This document shows, in pieces, positions 19,082-28,243 of a stretch of DNA of 64,000 nt. This DNA is from Candidatus Calditenuaceae archaeon HR02 (GTDB lineage: Archaea; Thermoproteota; Nitrososphaeria_A; Caldarchaeales; Calditenuaceae): positions 32,001-96,000 of the forward strand of contig BEHE01000004.1 of NCBI GenBank assembly GCA_002898395.1, given 5' to 3'. Position 1 is the first letter of the stretch. Each line of letters opens with the position of its first letter. The translations under genes and the position numbers were made by a program. Under the pieces are notes generated by a model that was not told the origin of the DNA, searched no databases, and saw only the letters and a list, made by a program, of their open reading frames with translations.

Positions 19082-19174
19082 TGCGGCGGGCGGGATTTGA
19101 ACCCGCGATCCCCAGCGTGGCAGGCTTCCACGCAGTCCGATGCTTGGTGTCCTACCAGACTAGACTACCGCCGC
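19082..19174 (-). tRNA. tRNA-Gly(GCC) with 19-nt intron at 29/30 (19126-19144)
   Basis: GCGGCGG/CCGCCGC acceptor stem, discriminator A; removing AGCATCGGACTGCGTGGAA restores CCAGC-CTGCCAC-GCTGG; T arm GCGGG-TTCAAAT-CCCGC. Confidence 0.93.
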
Positions 19175-19199
19175 TTCAAGGGTTCTGGTGCAACGCCTG

Positions 19200-19207
19200 T
19201 ATAAAAA
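19200..19207 (-). promoter_or_regulatory. Probable TATA box of tRNA-Gly
   Basis: TTTTTATA on the minus strand, ~26-33 nt upstream of the tRNA 5' end. Confidence 0.55.
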
Positions 19208-19718
19208 TTCTAGAGATGGGCTGAACATATCGGCCTCTCCTCGCCCATATCTATTTGGGCCGGTGGTCTCTTCCACGGAATTGACTGTGGCTGTTGAGGT
19301 GGAAGTGTCTGGCGGTTTTCGGCGAGAAGGTGGCTTTGAGGGGTTAGCTTTAGGGTTGGTGGGGGCGAGGTTTTCGGGTTGATTGGTCCTGATGGTGCTG
19401 GTAAGACGACATGCTTCCGGAGCCTCGCTACGATTTTGAAGCCAGGTGGGGGTAGTGCAAGGATATTCGGCCTAGATGAGGGGGGCGCGAAGGGGGAGGC
19501 CGCGATCTCATACCTTCCAGAAGAGGCGGGAGTGTATAGAGTCTGAGCGACGAAGACTACATCAGATTCTTGGCGAGGGTCTACAACAGGTTTGAAGGAA
19601 AGGCGCTACGCGAGGATGAGAAGATCTCCGGTCTCGGAGAGTCATTCTCCAATAGCTCGAGGATGCCGGTTTAGTAGAAAATATTTACCGTCGCCAGCAT
19701 CTACGTGGGACGGGACTC

Positions 19719-21314
19719 TTGCTGTGGGAGATTTTAGCGGCCGTAGCGCTGTCTTGGACTAGGATTGTTACGGCTCTAGCCATATCCGTCTTCGCCGCTA
19801 TAATTGTTGGAATATATTCGGGAATATATAGGCGGGTTGATAGGATTGCGATCCCTATCCTCGATGTTCTCCAGAGCGTGCCAATACTGGGTTTCTTCCC
19901 ACTGGCAGTCTATGTGCTGGCAAGTGCTGTACCAGTACTCGGCTATGAGCTTGCATCGATCTTCCTCTTATATACTTGCACATTCTGGAATCTGGCTTTC
20001 GCGGTCTATGAGGGTGCTCGATCTATTCCGCATTCCATGATCGAGGTTGCGGAGCTCAGCAAGCTGTCACTAAGAGATAGGTTTGGGAAAATCTACGTGC
20101 CGGCCGTTTTCCCCAAAATTGTAGACCAGTTGCCCGCGAGTTTAGCCAATGCATTCTACTTCCTAGCAGCCAGCGAGGTAATCGCTCTCGGAGAAGCCGA
20201 GGTAAGGGTTGCGGGTATAGGGACGCTCATCCTAAGATATCTGGAGAAGGGAAACTATGCAGGCATCGCGATCGGTCTACTTGCAACGGCACTAAGCATT
20301 ATCGCAGCATACCTTTTCATTCTGATGCCCCTCATATCCTATTCAGACAGATACAGGTTCGACATAGCTCAGCCCCCCGCAGTACAGAAGACACCTATGA
20401 TCATGGGGCTCTACTCCCGTATTAAGTCCATCCAAGCACCCTTGAGGATGGAGCCGAGGCGCGTTGCTGGGTTTACTCACCGCGTTTTCCCAATCCAGTT
20501 CGTCAACATAAGGTATGTGGGAAGCGACATTAAGCGGCTTATATTCATAGTCTTTATTGTTGTTCTGCTTATTTTCGCCGGGCCTGGGATCTATGCAAAC
20601 ATAGGCGATATGTGGGCTGCGGTATCCAGCGTGGCTAGTGCTGGTTTGCGGCTGGGATTGTTTAGCATCGGGGAGGCACTCGCCTACTCCTTCTCCCGCG
20701 TATTAGTGTGCTTGGCACTTATGCTTGCAATAAGCCTACCAATCGCTTACGTCGTTTCAGAAAAACCAGGCCTCAGGAATACCATCCTTCCAGTCCTTCA
20801 GATCATCGCTTCCCTCCCCTCACCGCTAATATTCCCAATCATTTCGGGCTTCTTTGTGGGCGGTACCTTTTCCCGAGAACTTGGGGCGGTACTACTAATG
20901 TCGCTGGGCTCCGTATGGTATGTTTTTTACTCAACATTAAGCGGCTTCAACAAAGTTCACGGAGAATATCGAGAGCTTGCTAGGCTGTATAGACTCTCGG
21001 GGATCAACAAGTTCAGGTATATTTACCTCCCATTCGCGACACCATCGATAGTGACGGGTTTGATAACTGCAACGGGCGGTGCATGGAACACTGTGATAGT
21101 TGCGGAAAGGCTTGGTGAGGGTGGGAGAATATTTGAGGTCCAGACGCCGGGTCTAGGTAAGCTAATGTCCACGCTAGCAGAAATAGCAGACACCTCGGGC
21201 CTAGTGTTCACAGTCATGGTGATGACAGCCTTCGTGATACTCGTTAACAGACTATTATGGCGAAACCTATATGATTATTCTATAAGAGCGCTGAGGATTC
21301 ATGAGCAACTCTGA
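19719..21314 (+). CDS. NitT/TauT-family ABC transporter permease with two TM domains
   Basis: ILDVLQSVPILGF, FWNLAFAVY, second repeat LQIIASLP..GGAWNTVIVAE. Confidence 0.88.
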   Translation: MLWEILAAVALSWTRIVTALAISVFAAIIVGIYSGIYRRVDRIAIPILDVLQSVPILGFFPLAVYVLASAVPVLGYELASIFLLYTCTFWNLAFAVYEGARSIPHSMIEVAELSKLSLRDRFGKIYVPAVFPKIVDQLPASLANAFYFLAASEVIALGEAEVRVAGIGTLILRYLEKGNYAGIAIGLLATALSIIAAYLFILMPLISYSDRYRFDIAQPPAVQKTPMIMGLYSRIKSIQAPLRMEPRRVAGFTHRVFPIQFVNIRYVGSDIKRLIFIVFIVVLLIFAGPGIYANIGDMWAAVSSVASAGLRLGLFSIGEALAYSFSRVLVCLALMLAISLPIAYVVSEKPGLRNTILPVLQIIASLPSPLIFPIISGFFVGGTFSRELGAVLLMSLGSVWYVFYSTLSGFNKVHGEYRELARLYRLSGINKFRYIYLPFATPSIVTGLITATGGAWNTVIVAERLGEGGRIFEVQTPGLGKLMSTLAEIADTSGLVFTVMVMTAFVILVNRLLWRNLYDYSIRALRIHEQL

Positions 21315-22068
21315 AATACTGATGGAGCTTAGGAATGTGACACACGGGTATAGCCTGAGGTCTGGGTCGACACTCAAGGTAATAGAGAACCTGAATATCC
21401 AGGTGAGGTATGGAGAGTTTTTGGGGATAGTGGGGCCGAGTGGGTGCGGAAAGAGCACCATTCTCCGGATCATGGCTGGGCTCGTCAAACCCCTCTCAGG
21501 AGTCGTTATATTTCGGGGAGAAGTGTTGAACGGCACTACGCCACGCATATCGCTGATGCATCAGGTCCCAACACTCCTACCCTGGCTAACAGTCAGAGAG
21601 AACATATATCTGGCCCTCATGTCTAGGAAGGATCTGACTGAGCGTGCGAAGCAGTTAAAAGTGTCTGAACTTCTTGAGCTTGTTGAACTTAGTGGTTACG
21701 AATCTGCATATCCATATGAGCTGAGCGGGGGAATGAGGCAGAGGGTTGCGCTCGCCCGAGCACTTGTTACAGACCCCGACCTCCTCCTCTTGGACGAACC
21801 ATTCAGCAACCTCGACCCACTCACCTCGCTCAGCTTAATTCGCGAGTTAGAGGGCATGTGGTTTGACACGACCCTCCCGCCGATCTCTATAGTGATGGTA
21901 TCGCATAACATAGAGGAGGTTGTCATGCTTGCTGACAGAGTGGTTGTTCTGGGGGGGCGTCCTGCAAAGATTTTGGCAGAGGTCCCCATCGAGCTCTCAC
22001 GGCCAAGGAACAAGAAGTCAGAGGAATTCTATAGGCTCGTCGATGAGTTATTCTCTCTGATTAGCTAA
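21301..22068 (+). CDS. NitT/TauT-family ABC transporter ATP-binding protein
   Basis: GPSGCGKST, LLPWLTVRENI, LSGGMRQ, LLLDEPFSNLD, VSHNIEE. Confidence 0.92.
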   Translation: MSNSEILMELRNVTHGYSLRSGSTLKVIENLNIQVRYGEFLGIVGPSGCGKSTILRIMAGLVKPLSGVVIFRGEVLNGTTPRISLMHQVPTLLPWLTVRENIYLALMSRKDLTERAKQLKVSELLELVELSGYESAYPYELSGGMRQRVALARALVTDPDLLLLDEPFSNLDPLTSLSLIRELEGMWFDTTLPPISIVMVSHNIEEVVMLADRVVVLGGRPAKILAEVPIELSRPRNKKSEEFYRLVDELFSLIS

Positions 22069-22564
22069 CCTTTACCCCCCGCCTAACCTTGAATAATCCC
22101 TCCTCACCATTATATTCTAGATAACCGGTCGTAACTAGCCAGTCGAGGAGGAAAGACTTCGCCATGGTGATGCTCTCTGGGCTGTCGTCGCATAGGTTGA
22201 GGTCTCTGCAGATCTGCTCGACGGATATGGCGTCCTTCTTTTGGACCATATAGCGGATTATTGATTTGAAGGGTTCAGCGTTTTTTGCCAGCTCGCGGAG
22301 CATTCTTATCTTCCCAGAATGCCTACGCCTCGAGAAGGATCGGCCCAACTCGGTTAATATTGCATCACCCTCATCAACCTTCACCAGGCCTAGGGACTCG
22401 CAAGCCTCAAGAATTTCCAATACAACCCCCGACTCCATTCCAGCCTCACTTACAAGCGTGGCTACATCTGCCCTACCATTCAGCAGTTCTAGGACCTCAA
22501 CCAACCCCGAAACCATTGCGGGAGTAACACGGATGGGGCATCTCGGCCCCTGTTGGTCCAACAC
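22061..22564 (-). CDS. Stand-alone AAA-associated C-terminal domain protein (winged-helix-like)
   Basis: SGLVEVL..GRADV..LEACESLGLVKVDEGDAILTELGRSF..LLDWLVTTGYLEY resembles the domain normally fused C-terminally to this ABC ATPase family. Confidence 0.7.
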   Translation of the reverse strand: MLDQQGPRCPIRVTPAMVSGLVEVLELLNGRADVATLVSEAGMESGVVLEILEACESLGLVKVDEGDAILTELGRSFSRRRHSGKIRMLRELAKNAEPFKSIIRYMVQKKDAISVEQICRDLNLCDDSPESITMAKSFLLDWLVTTGYLEYNGEEGLFKVRRGVKVS

Positions 22565-22658
22565 CCTATCACTTGTTTTATCTCGATTCTCATATATAAC
22601 TATGCAGATTTATATTTGCCAGATATTCCGGAAAAAGAGAGATAGGGACCAATTTCCT

Positions 22659-23816
22659 TCAGAGACTTAGTACCATATCTAATATTTTTTCAACAGGCCT
22701 AACATTGGCTGTAAAACTAGAGTATCTATTTATGGCCGCGGCCTCTATCTCGTCTAAAGCCTTCTTAACAGATGCTGAGAGGCTCTCAAGGCTTAAATCC
22801 TCCTCTTTGAGGATTACAGCCACCCCTTTTCCGGCGAGGGATTTTGCATTTGATTCTTGCTCAGTCTGCCTCGGTATAGGGATTAAGACGAGTCTACAGT
22901 TGAATGCTAAGGCCTTGGCTGCGAGTGTCTGGCCTGCCCGGGTCACTACAACGTCTGAGGCTGCCAGAAGCTCATACTCGTTTTCATACCACTCCACAAA
23001 TCTTAGACCTTCTCTTGACTGGTCGCCGACAGCGCCCGTCATTATGGCTTGAAAGTCTTTTTGTCGATGGAGGAGGGGCATCATGAGGTCTCTCAAGCGT
23101 ATACGGTCTGGCTGTGGGCCTGTAGGTATTACCGCTATTAGCGGGATTGAGGGGTCGAATCCGAGCTTCTCTTTGAGCCTGTCGCGAGGGGGGTAGTCAC
23201 TCGGTAGCTTCTCAAGTATCGGGCCCACAAACTCTGCACGAGGCTCATCCACCTTACGCATCCTTAGGTTTTCTGTTGAGATTGTGAGGGGGTGTGGGTA
23301 GTCGGCTATTAGGAGCCTGTGGGAGAGGCTCCACACAACTGTGAACGAGTTTATGATGTCTTCGAAAAAGGCGGCCAGTCTGGGGAGACGGTCTCTCTGA
23401 AGCAGGACGTTGTACTGATTGAGGATGAGAGTGCTTGGGATGCCGGTTAGGCGTGAGGCCAGGACCGCTGAGGCTCTGGTGTCTGAGACCACAACCTCGG
23501 CCCCAGACTCTTCGATGATTCTAGCCTCGATGAGTGTTTGAGCAGCAACCTTCATAGGCAGGAAGACGTTGCTCAACAGTGTTGCCTTAATGCTCACCGC
23601 GCCCCGCGCGTCACGCCCATAGTCGACTGCGGGCACCTTCAAGACGCTTAGACCCACCCTCTCAAAATAGTCGACTGCGTCTCCATAGGTAGATACTGTG
23701 ACATCATGCCCCCTCTTGATAGCCTCGAGTATTATTGGCCGACACCTAGATGCGTGCCCCAGCCCTAATCCGCATACACTGAAGTGGATCCGCGCCATGT
23801 AACCGGCTCCCTGCAA
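22659..23816 (-). CDS. GT-B glycosyltransferase, GT28/MurG-like
   Basis: CGLGLGHASR, VVVSD, VGPI, VVTRAG, PIPRQTEQESNA. Confidence 0.85.
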   Translation of the reverse strand: MQGAGYMARIHFSVCGLGLGHASRCRPIILEAIKRGHDVTVSTYGDAVDYFERVGLSVLKVPAVDYGRDARGAVSIKATLLSNVFLPMKVAAQTLIEARIIEESGAEVVVSDTRASAVLASRLTGIPSTLILNQYNVLLQRDRLPRLAAFFEDIINSFTVVWSLSHRLLIADYPHPLTISTENLRMRKVDEPRAEFVGPILEKLPSDYPPRDRLKEKLGFDPSIPLIAVIPTGPQPDRIRLRDLMMPLLHRQKDFQAIMTGAVGDQSREGLRFVEWYENEYELLAASDVVVTRAGQTLAAKALAFNCRLVLIPIPRQTEQESNAKSLAGKGVAVILKEEDLSLESLSASVKKALDEIEAAAINRYSSFTANVRPVEKILDMVLSL

Positions 23817-23823
23817 TTGTGTT

Positions 23824-24438
23824 TTAAGTACGTGGCGTCTTGAGCATTATCCTCTTAACAATCCCACGCGGGGACTCTTCTGCGAAGATATCAGCATTAA
23901 ACCTGTAGATCTTCACGTCCCTCCTCAGCCAGTCCGTAGGCCTCAACCCGGCTTTCAGGCAGAGGTGCATAAGGAACTCCTCAGCATCCCAGCCATACTC
24001 CACTGGGACTTGGGGGAGTAGGATGCCTGCCCCCTCGTCAGCTTCTATGATCAGGCCGTCAAGACCTATCCTGATCTGCTCAGGGAGAGAGGACCTCGGC
24101 TCAGAAATAATCTCCTCAGGCTCTGTGAGAAGTGTCAGTTCGACAACCACTCTATCTGCCTCGGACGGGGTTAGGGGTGGGAATCGCGGATCGTAGAAAG
24201 CCGCAAGCCTGGCTGCTGTGATGGTGTCGTCGACGATGTTGGAGCGGGGCAGTGGCAGGCCCATGCAACCCCTCAACTCCTTTTTCTCGTGTTGATAGAG
24301 TGTAACGAAGACACCCCTACGGATGGCTGGGCTCCTAAGAGAGCTCTCCAAATGCAACTCTTTCTCAAGCCCGAGATCCTTCATGATTGCCGACCTAGCC
24401 AGCCTGACAAGCCCCACCCCAACCTCTTCACTTATCAT
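23824..24438 (-). CDS. AMMECR1-domain protein
   Basis: RGVFVTL..LRGCMG, AAFYDPRFPPL, GILLPQVPVEYGW, CLKAG. Confidence 0.92.
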   Translation of the reverse strand: MISEEVGVGLVRLARSAIMKDLGLEKELHLESSLRSPAIRRGVFVTLYQHEKKELRGCMGLPLPRSNIVDDTITAARLAAFYDPRFPPLTPSEADRVVVELTLLTEPEEIISEPRSSLPEQIRIGLDGLIIEADEGAGILLPQVPVEYGWDAEEFLMHLCLKAGLRPTDWLRRDVKIYRFNADIFAEESPRGIVKRIMLKTPRT

Positions 24439-24465
24439 TCCAACAACATATGTGAAAACATTCTT

Positions 24466-24942
24466 TTATCCCTTGCTCAAATCTTCTACCAGCTTCCTCA
24501 CCCTCTCCAGAGTCCTTGTGATGTTTTTCCAGTGCCCTCCAACCCAGTATTCCTGGCCGCAAGACCCACACTTCCATCTCTTGTTAGAAGACGGCTGGAG
24601 TTGTCCATTGCAGAGGGAGCAGAGCCTAAACTTCACGGCTAAGAAATCGTCGTAAGATATTCCGTACTCGCCCATTAGGTGGATGGCGATGTGCGAGAGC
24701 TGGTTCTCAGTCCCGCTTAGCGGCAGTAGGATGGATTGACCTCCCATAGACAATATTCGCTTATAGAGCTCGGTGTCTGAGGTGAGGACTATCCTCCCCT
24801 CTTCGTACGCCTTCTGAACAATCTCGTCATCTTCTCGCGGATAGTAGATGGTGTCGTATCCCAGCATCCTAAGCCATCTCGTGAGTTTACCGTGCATCGA
24901 GTCTGTCAGGAATTTAGGTTCCCGCGATGCTCCCCTTCTCAA
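24466..24942 (-). CDS. Mut7-C RNase domain protein (PIN-like plus Zn ribbon)
   Basis: FLTDSMHGKLTRWLRMLGYDT, RIVLTSD, CSLCNG..CGSCGQEYWVGGHW. Confidence 0.88.
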   Translation of the reverse strand: MRRGASREPKFLTDSMHGKLTRWLRMLGYDTIYYPREDDEIVQKAYEEGRIVLTSDTELYKRILSMGGQSILLPLSGTENQLSHIAIHLMGEYGISYDDFLAVKFRLCSLCNGQLQPSSNKRWKCGSCGQEYWVGGHWKNITRTLERVRKLVEDLSKG

Positions 24943-25492
24943 GTTCTAGCCGACACTCCTCGCAGAGATACTGGTCATCAATCCTCACAAGCATGTCACT
25001 CCACTCACCGCACGAGTCACAGTATCCCTCGAGGTAGGACTCCCTCTTCACGATGGGCCCACCGCTGAGCTTGAACTGCTCCTTGATGATGGATATGATA
25101 TCGGGAGTAATCTTTAGGACGTCTTTCAGGCTTATAATCCCTTGTACATTCCCCTTGTAGCTTACTATCAGCCTGCTGATTCCAAGCCTGGTCATCAGCC
25201 TGACTGCGTCTTCGATCGTCGCGGAGGGGTCAACTGTTATGAGGGGTGACGACATAATCTCCTCAAGCTTCACCTCGCTGGGCCTTTTATCCTGCGCAAC
25301 AACCTTCTCCACAAGGTCCCTTTTAGTCACTATGCCCACTGGACGCCCATCTTTCCTCACCAATATGCTGCTTATCCTGTACCTAGCCATCATCTCGGCA
25401 GCGACGTTGGCTGTACTCTCCGCGCTCAACTCTATGACTGGGCTCGTCATTACTTCCCTGACCGTTATCTCCTCGCTTAGGAATGGGCCCAT
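24914..25492 (-). CDS. CBS-pair protein with C-terminal zinc ribbon
   Basis: VREVMTSPV, GIVTKRD, IMSSPLITV; GYCDSCG..LCEEC. Confidence 0.88.
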   Translation of the reverse strand: MGPFLSEEITVREVMTSPVIELSAESTANVAAEMMARYRISSILVRKDGRPVGIVTKRDLVEKVVAQDKRPSEVKLEEIMSSPLITVDPSATIEDAVRLMTRLGISRLIVSYKGNVQGIISLKDVLKITPDIISIIKEQFKLSGGPIVKRESYLEGYCDSCGEWSDMLVRIDDQYLCEECRLELEKGSIAGT

Positions 25493-25570
25493 CCAATAAG
25501 TAATTGAAGCAGCCTGATAAAAACGTATCTAAACTCAATTAACCATAGATGAAGAGACGCTACCAACTCT

Positions 25571-27469
25571 TCAGGGCGACCATCTTAGCACGCGGCATTT
25601 TCCATAGGGAATAAGGGCTTCGAAATCGTTTGGCCTTATACGGTTTTCGCCGAGCCTAAGCACTTCCCCGACCTTAGCTGCCAGTATTCTAGCAACTTTG
25701 GAGGCATCTTCTTGGCCAGGAGATAATACAGCGTAGACAACTGCCTCGGTCCTCACCCAGGACTCGACACCTACGATCGGGCCGAGCTTCTCAGAATATC
25801 CTACACAGATTTGGAGTTGTACGTGGATGTAGTTTTTTGGTGGCTTAATGATAAACGAGCCTCGTGGGAGATACATCCCCTCTGGAGGTGTGAAGCTTAT
25901 CTGATGCGGCTCCACCCAGTATACAGACATTCCTGAGAGCCCCTCCCGCCAAGCACGGCTGAAAGATGCACAAAGTGTGGCAGCCTCGCGAATCTCCTCA
26001 TCCCCGGCCCCCGCCCCATCCTTCAGTATGGCGACGGGTGATCCCCTAATTTCTGCGTGTAAAACAATGTCGCCTTTTTCCAGGTGTTTCTTCAGTAGCC
26101 GCATGTTTGAGCTGGCATCTTTTCCAAGGACGATGAGTCTACCTCCGCTTGTCATCGACCATCGATATCTGTGAAACCATTCTGTTCGCCGCCTCCTTAC
26201 CTCAACAACTTCCACGGTCCGAGGGACAGAGATTGTGGACTTTAGACGTGAAGCCCTTGCCTCAAGCTCTGAAATCTCGCTGAGCAGGTTCTCCACACCT
26301 TTCATCGTCGTTTTAGCATTCTTGAAGAGCCTGTCGATCTGGATAGTCACGGGCTCCCTGATGCTTAGCTGCACAGTCTTTCCATCCAGCTCAAGTATGG
26401 CTACGCCTGTGCTCCTGTCTAAAGACTTCACCACCCCACTTGGCGAGCCACCCGCCCTAATCTCCGCCCATAAATCCTTCAACTCGGCTAATCTCATATG
26501 AAGTATTGATGCCTGCTCTTTGAGCTCCTGAGCCCTTAGCCTTAACTGGTCGGCAAGAGTCCTCTTCTCAGCAATCTCCTTTTCAATCCTCCGAACCTCC
26601 TCCTCTATTTTTTGTCTGTGCTCGGAGACCCTAACCGCCTGGATATAAGACTCATAAACCAAGCTGACCGCCTCATTCAGACTAGCCGTGTGGACTTCCT
26701 CGAAGCCTTTCTTGTCCAGGTGGATGAGTGGGAATGGCGCAAACGTCACATACACGTCACCGGCCCTATATGCTGTTGGTCTCGGGTTTTCAAGAAGCTT
26801 GAAGAGATAACCTACGCCATCCGCAATCTTCTCTCTCTCGCCTGCATCTAGTTCTGCAACCTTTTTGGATGGGTTGACACCAGTCCTCGCCAACACCTCG
26901 TTAGAGTATTTAGTGCCTAGCCCGAGCTCTCTCGCGAGAGCTACCCCTACTTTTATCTTCCCATCCACACTTGAAAGCAGTGCTAGGGCGTCCTCACGCC
27001 CAGATACAGTCGCCTTCCTAGCGGGCCAGGCGTAGGGCTCGCCTCTACGCAGACCAGTTGAGAGAAGCACAACGCCCCTCTCATCCAAGAGGTTCAATCC
27101 TCCACCGGGGAAGACTTCTATGATAAGGCCGTAAACCACCCCGCCCCTTTCGAAGCGGAGCCTAGCTATCCTCTCACCGGTGACCTGCTCTGCAGATTTC
27201 AACACACAACCCTTGAGATACCTTCTGAGCGAGGATGTGAGGTCGTCCAGCTGGCCGTGGACCTGGTATACGCCTGGGGCGAGAAATATGGCCTTAGAAG
27301 GGATCATCTTTAGGTCTCTTACATCCTCTGTCCCCTTGAGCCTGATAATATATGATGAATCCACACCTCTGTAGGCTTGTGAAACGTATCTTGGATGAGA
27401 AGCACTAATCTCCCTCAGGAGGACGGCCAGGTCTAGGCTGTTTATCTCGAATCTGGGTTTTTCCTGCAC
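25571..27469 (-). CDS. rqcH: NFACT-family ribosome quality control factor (RqcH/NEMF-like)
   Basis: INSLDL, ERIARL, coiled coil, WFHRYRW, GKDASSN, LHAEIRGSP, YLPRGSFII. Confidence 0.88.
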   Translation of the reverse strand: MQEKPRFEINSLDLAVLLREISASHPRYVSQAYRGVDSSYIIRLKGTEDVRDLKMIPSKAIFLAPGVYQVHGQLDDLTSSLRRYLKGCVLKSAEQVTGERIARLRFERGGVVYGLIIEVFPGGGLNLLDERGVVLLSTGLRRGEPYAWPARKATVSGREDALALLSSVDGKIKVGVALARELGLGTKYSNEVLARTGVNPSKKVAELDAGEREKIADGVGYLFKLLENPRPTAYRAGDVYVTFAPFPLIHLDKKGFEEVHTASLNEAVSLVYESYIQAVRVSEHRQKIEEEVRRIEKEIAEKRTLADQLRLRAQELKEQASILHMRLAELKDLWAEIRAGGSPSGVVKSLDRSTGVAILELDGKTVQLSIREPVTIQIDRLFKNAKTTMKGVENLLSEISELEARASRLKSTISVPRTVEVVEVRRRRTEWFHRYRWSMTSGGRLIVLGKDASSNMRLLKKHLEKGDIVLHAEIRGSPVAILKDGAGAGDEEIREAATLCASFSRAWREGLSGMSVYWVEPHQISFTPPEGMYLPRGSFIIKPPKNYIHVQLQICVGYSEKLGPIVGVESWVRTEAVVYAVLSPGQEDASKVARILAAKVGEVLRLGENRIRPNDFEALIPYGKCRVLRWSP

Positions 27470-27503
27470 CGATTATGGATTGTGGGATCGTTTTTATCAA
27501 GAT

Positions 27504-28160
27504 TTAGGCGAGGGCCTGGAGCACGTGTTCGATGTAGTGAATTTCTGGGAGGGCGCCTTCAAACTCTATCTTTTCGTTGACGACCGTCTTAGGCACTGCC
27601 ATCACTTGATACTTTTGTGCCAGGTGTGGGAACTCTATGACCTCCACCATGTCGCCGACTATCTTCGGATTCTCTAGGGCCATTTGGTGCGCAATCCTAA
27701 CTGCGCGGGGACAGTAGGGGCAGGTGGGTGTTACGAATACCTGTATGTGGAGCGGCTTATCCACCGATTTAACCATCTCGAGGGCTCGGGGGGAGAGCCT
27801 CGACCTCCCCCTTGAGACGTCCACAATGTCTTCCAAAAGGGTTGTAAACTCATATCCGCTGGGGACCCCGAAGAAGCGTATCCACGACTCCCTTTCACCG
27901 AGGAGGATAGTAGCAGGTATCTTGTCTATGCGCCACCTCTCCGCCAAATCTCTGTCACGCTCAAAGTCGTAGACCTCTAGGCTCAGATTTCCATTCAGCT
28001 CAGCCAACTCGCTCAAGAGACGCCCAGTAACCTCGCAATAATCGCACTCAAACTCCTGCGTGAAGTATAGTATTCGGACAGTAGATGCTACCTCCTCGCC
28101 TAACTTCTTCCTAACAAACTCCTTGTCGCGCGGCTTGAGTATTGAGTTCACAGCATACAC
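27504..28160 (-). CDS. Protein disulfide oxidoreductase (two thioredoxin folds)
   Basis: CDYC and CPYC motifs, FFGVPSGYEF, VMAVPKTV, FEGA. Confidence 0.9.
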   Translation of the reverse strand: MYAVNSILKPRDKEFVRKKLGEEVASTVRILYFTQEFECDYCEVTGRLLSELAELNGNLSLEVYDFERDRDLAERWRIDKIPATILLGERESWIRFFGVPSGYEFTTLLEDIVDVSRGRSRLSPRALEMVKSVDKPLHIQVFVTPTCPYCPRAVRIAHQMALENPKIVGDMVEVIEFPHLAQKYQVMAVPKTVVNEKIEFEGALPEIHYIEHVLQALA

Positions 28161-28243
28161 CCTATGTTTCGAGCCTATAACTATTTTCTAATGTCTCGTG
28201 CCCGAGCCAAGGATTAAATTATGACGAGGACATCAAGTTTTGA

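Noticed and set aside
19380-19700. Fragment RRVILQ*LEDAGLVE resembling a winged helix or eS19 C-terminus
   Set aside because: Too short and interrupted; no supporting motifs nearby
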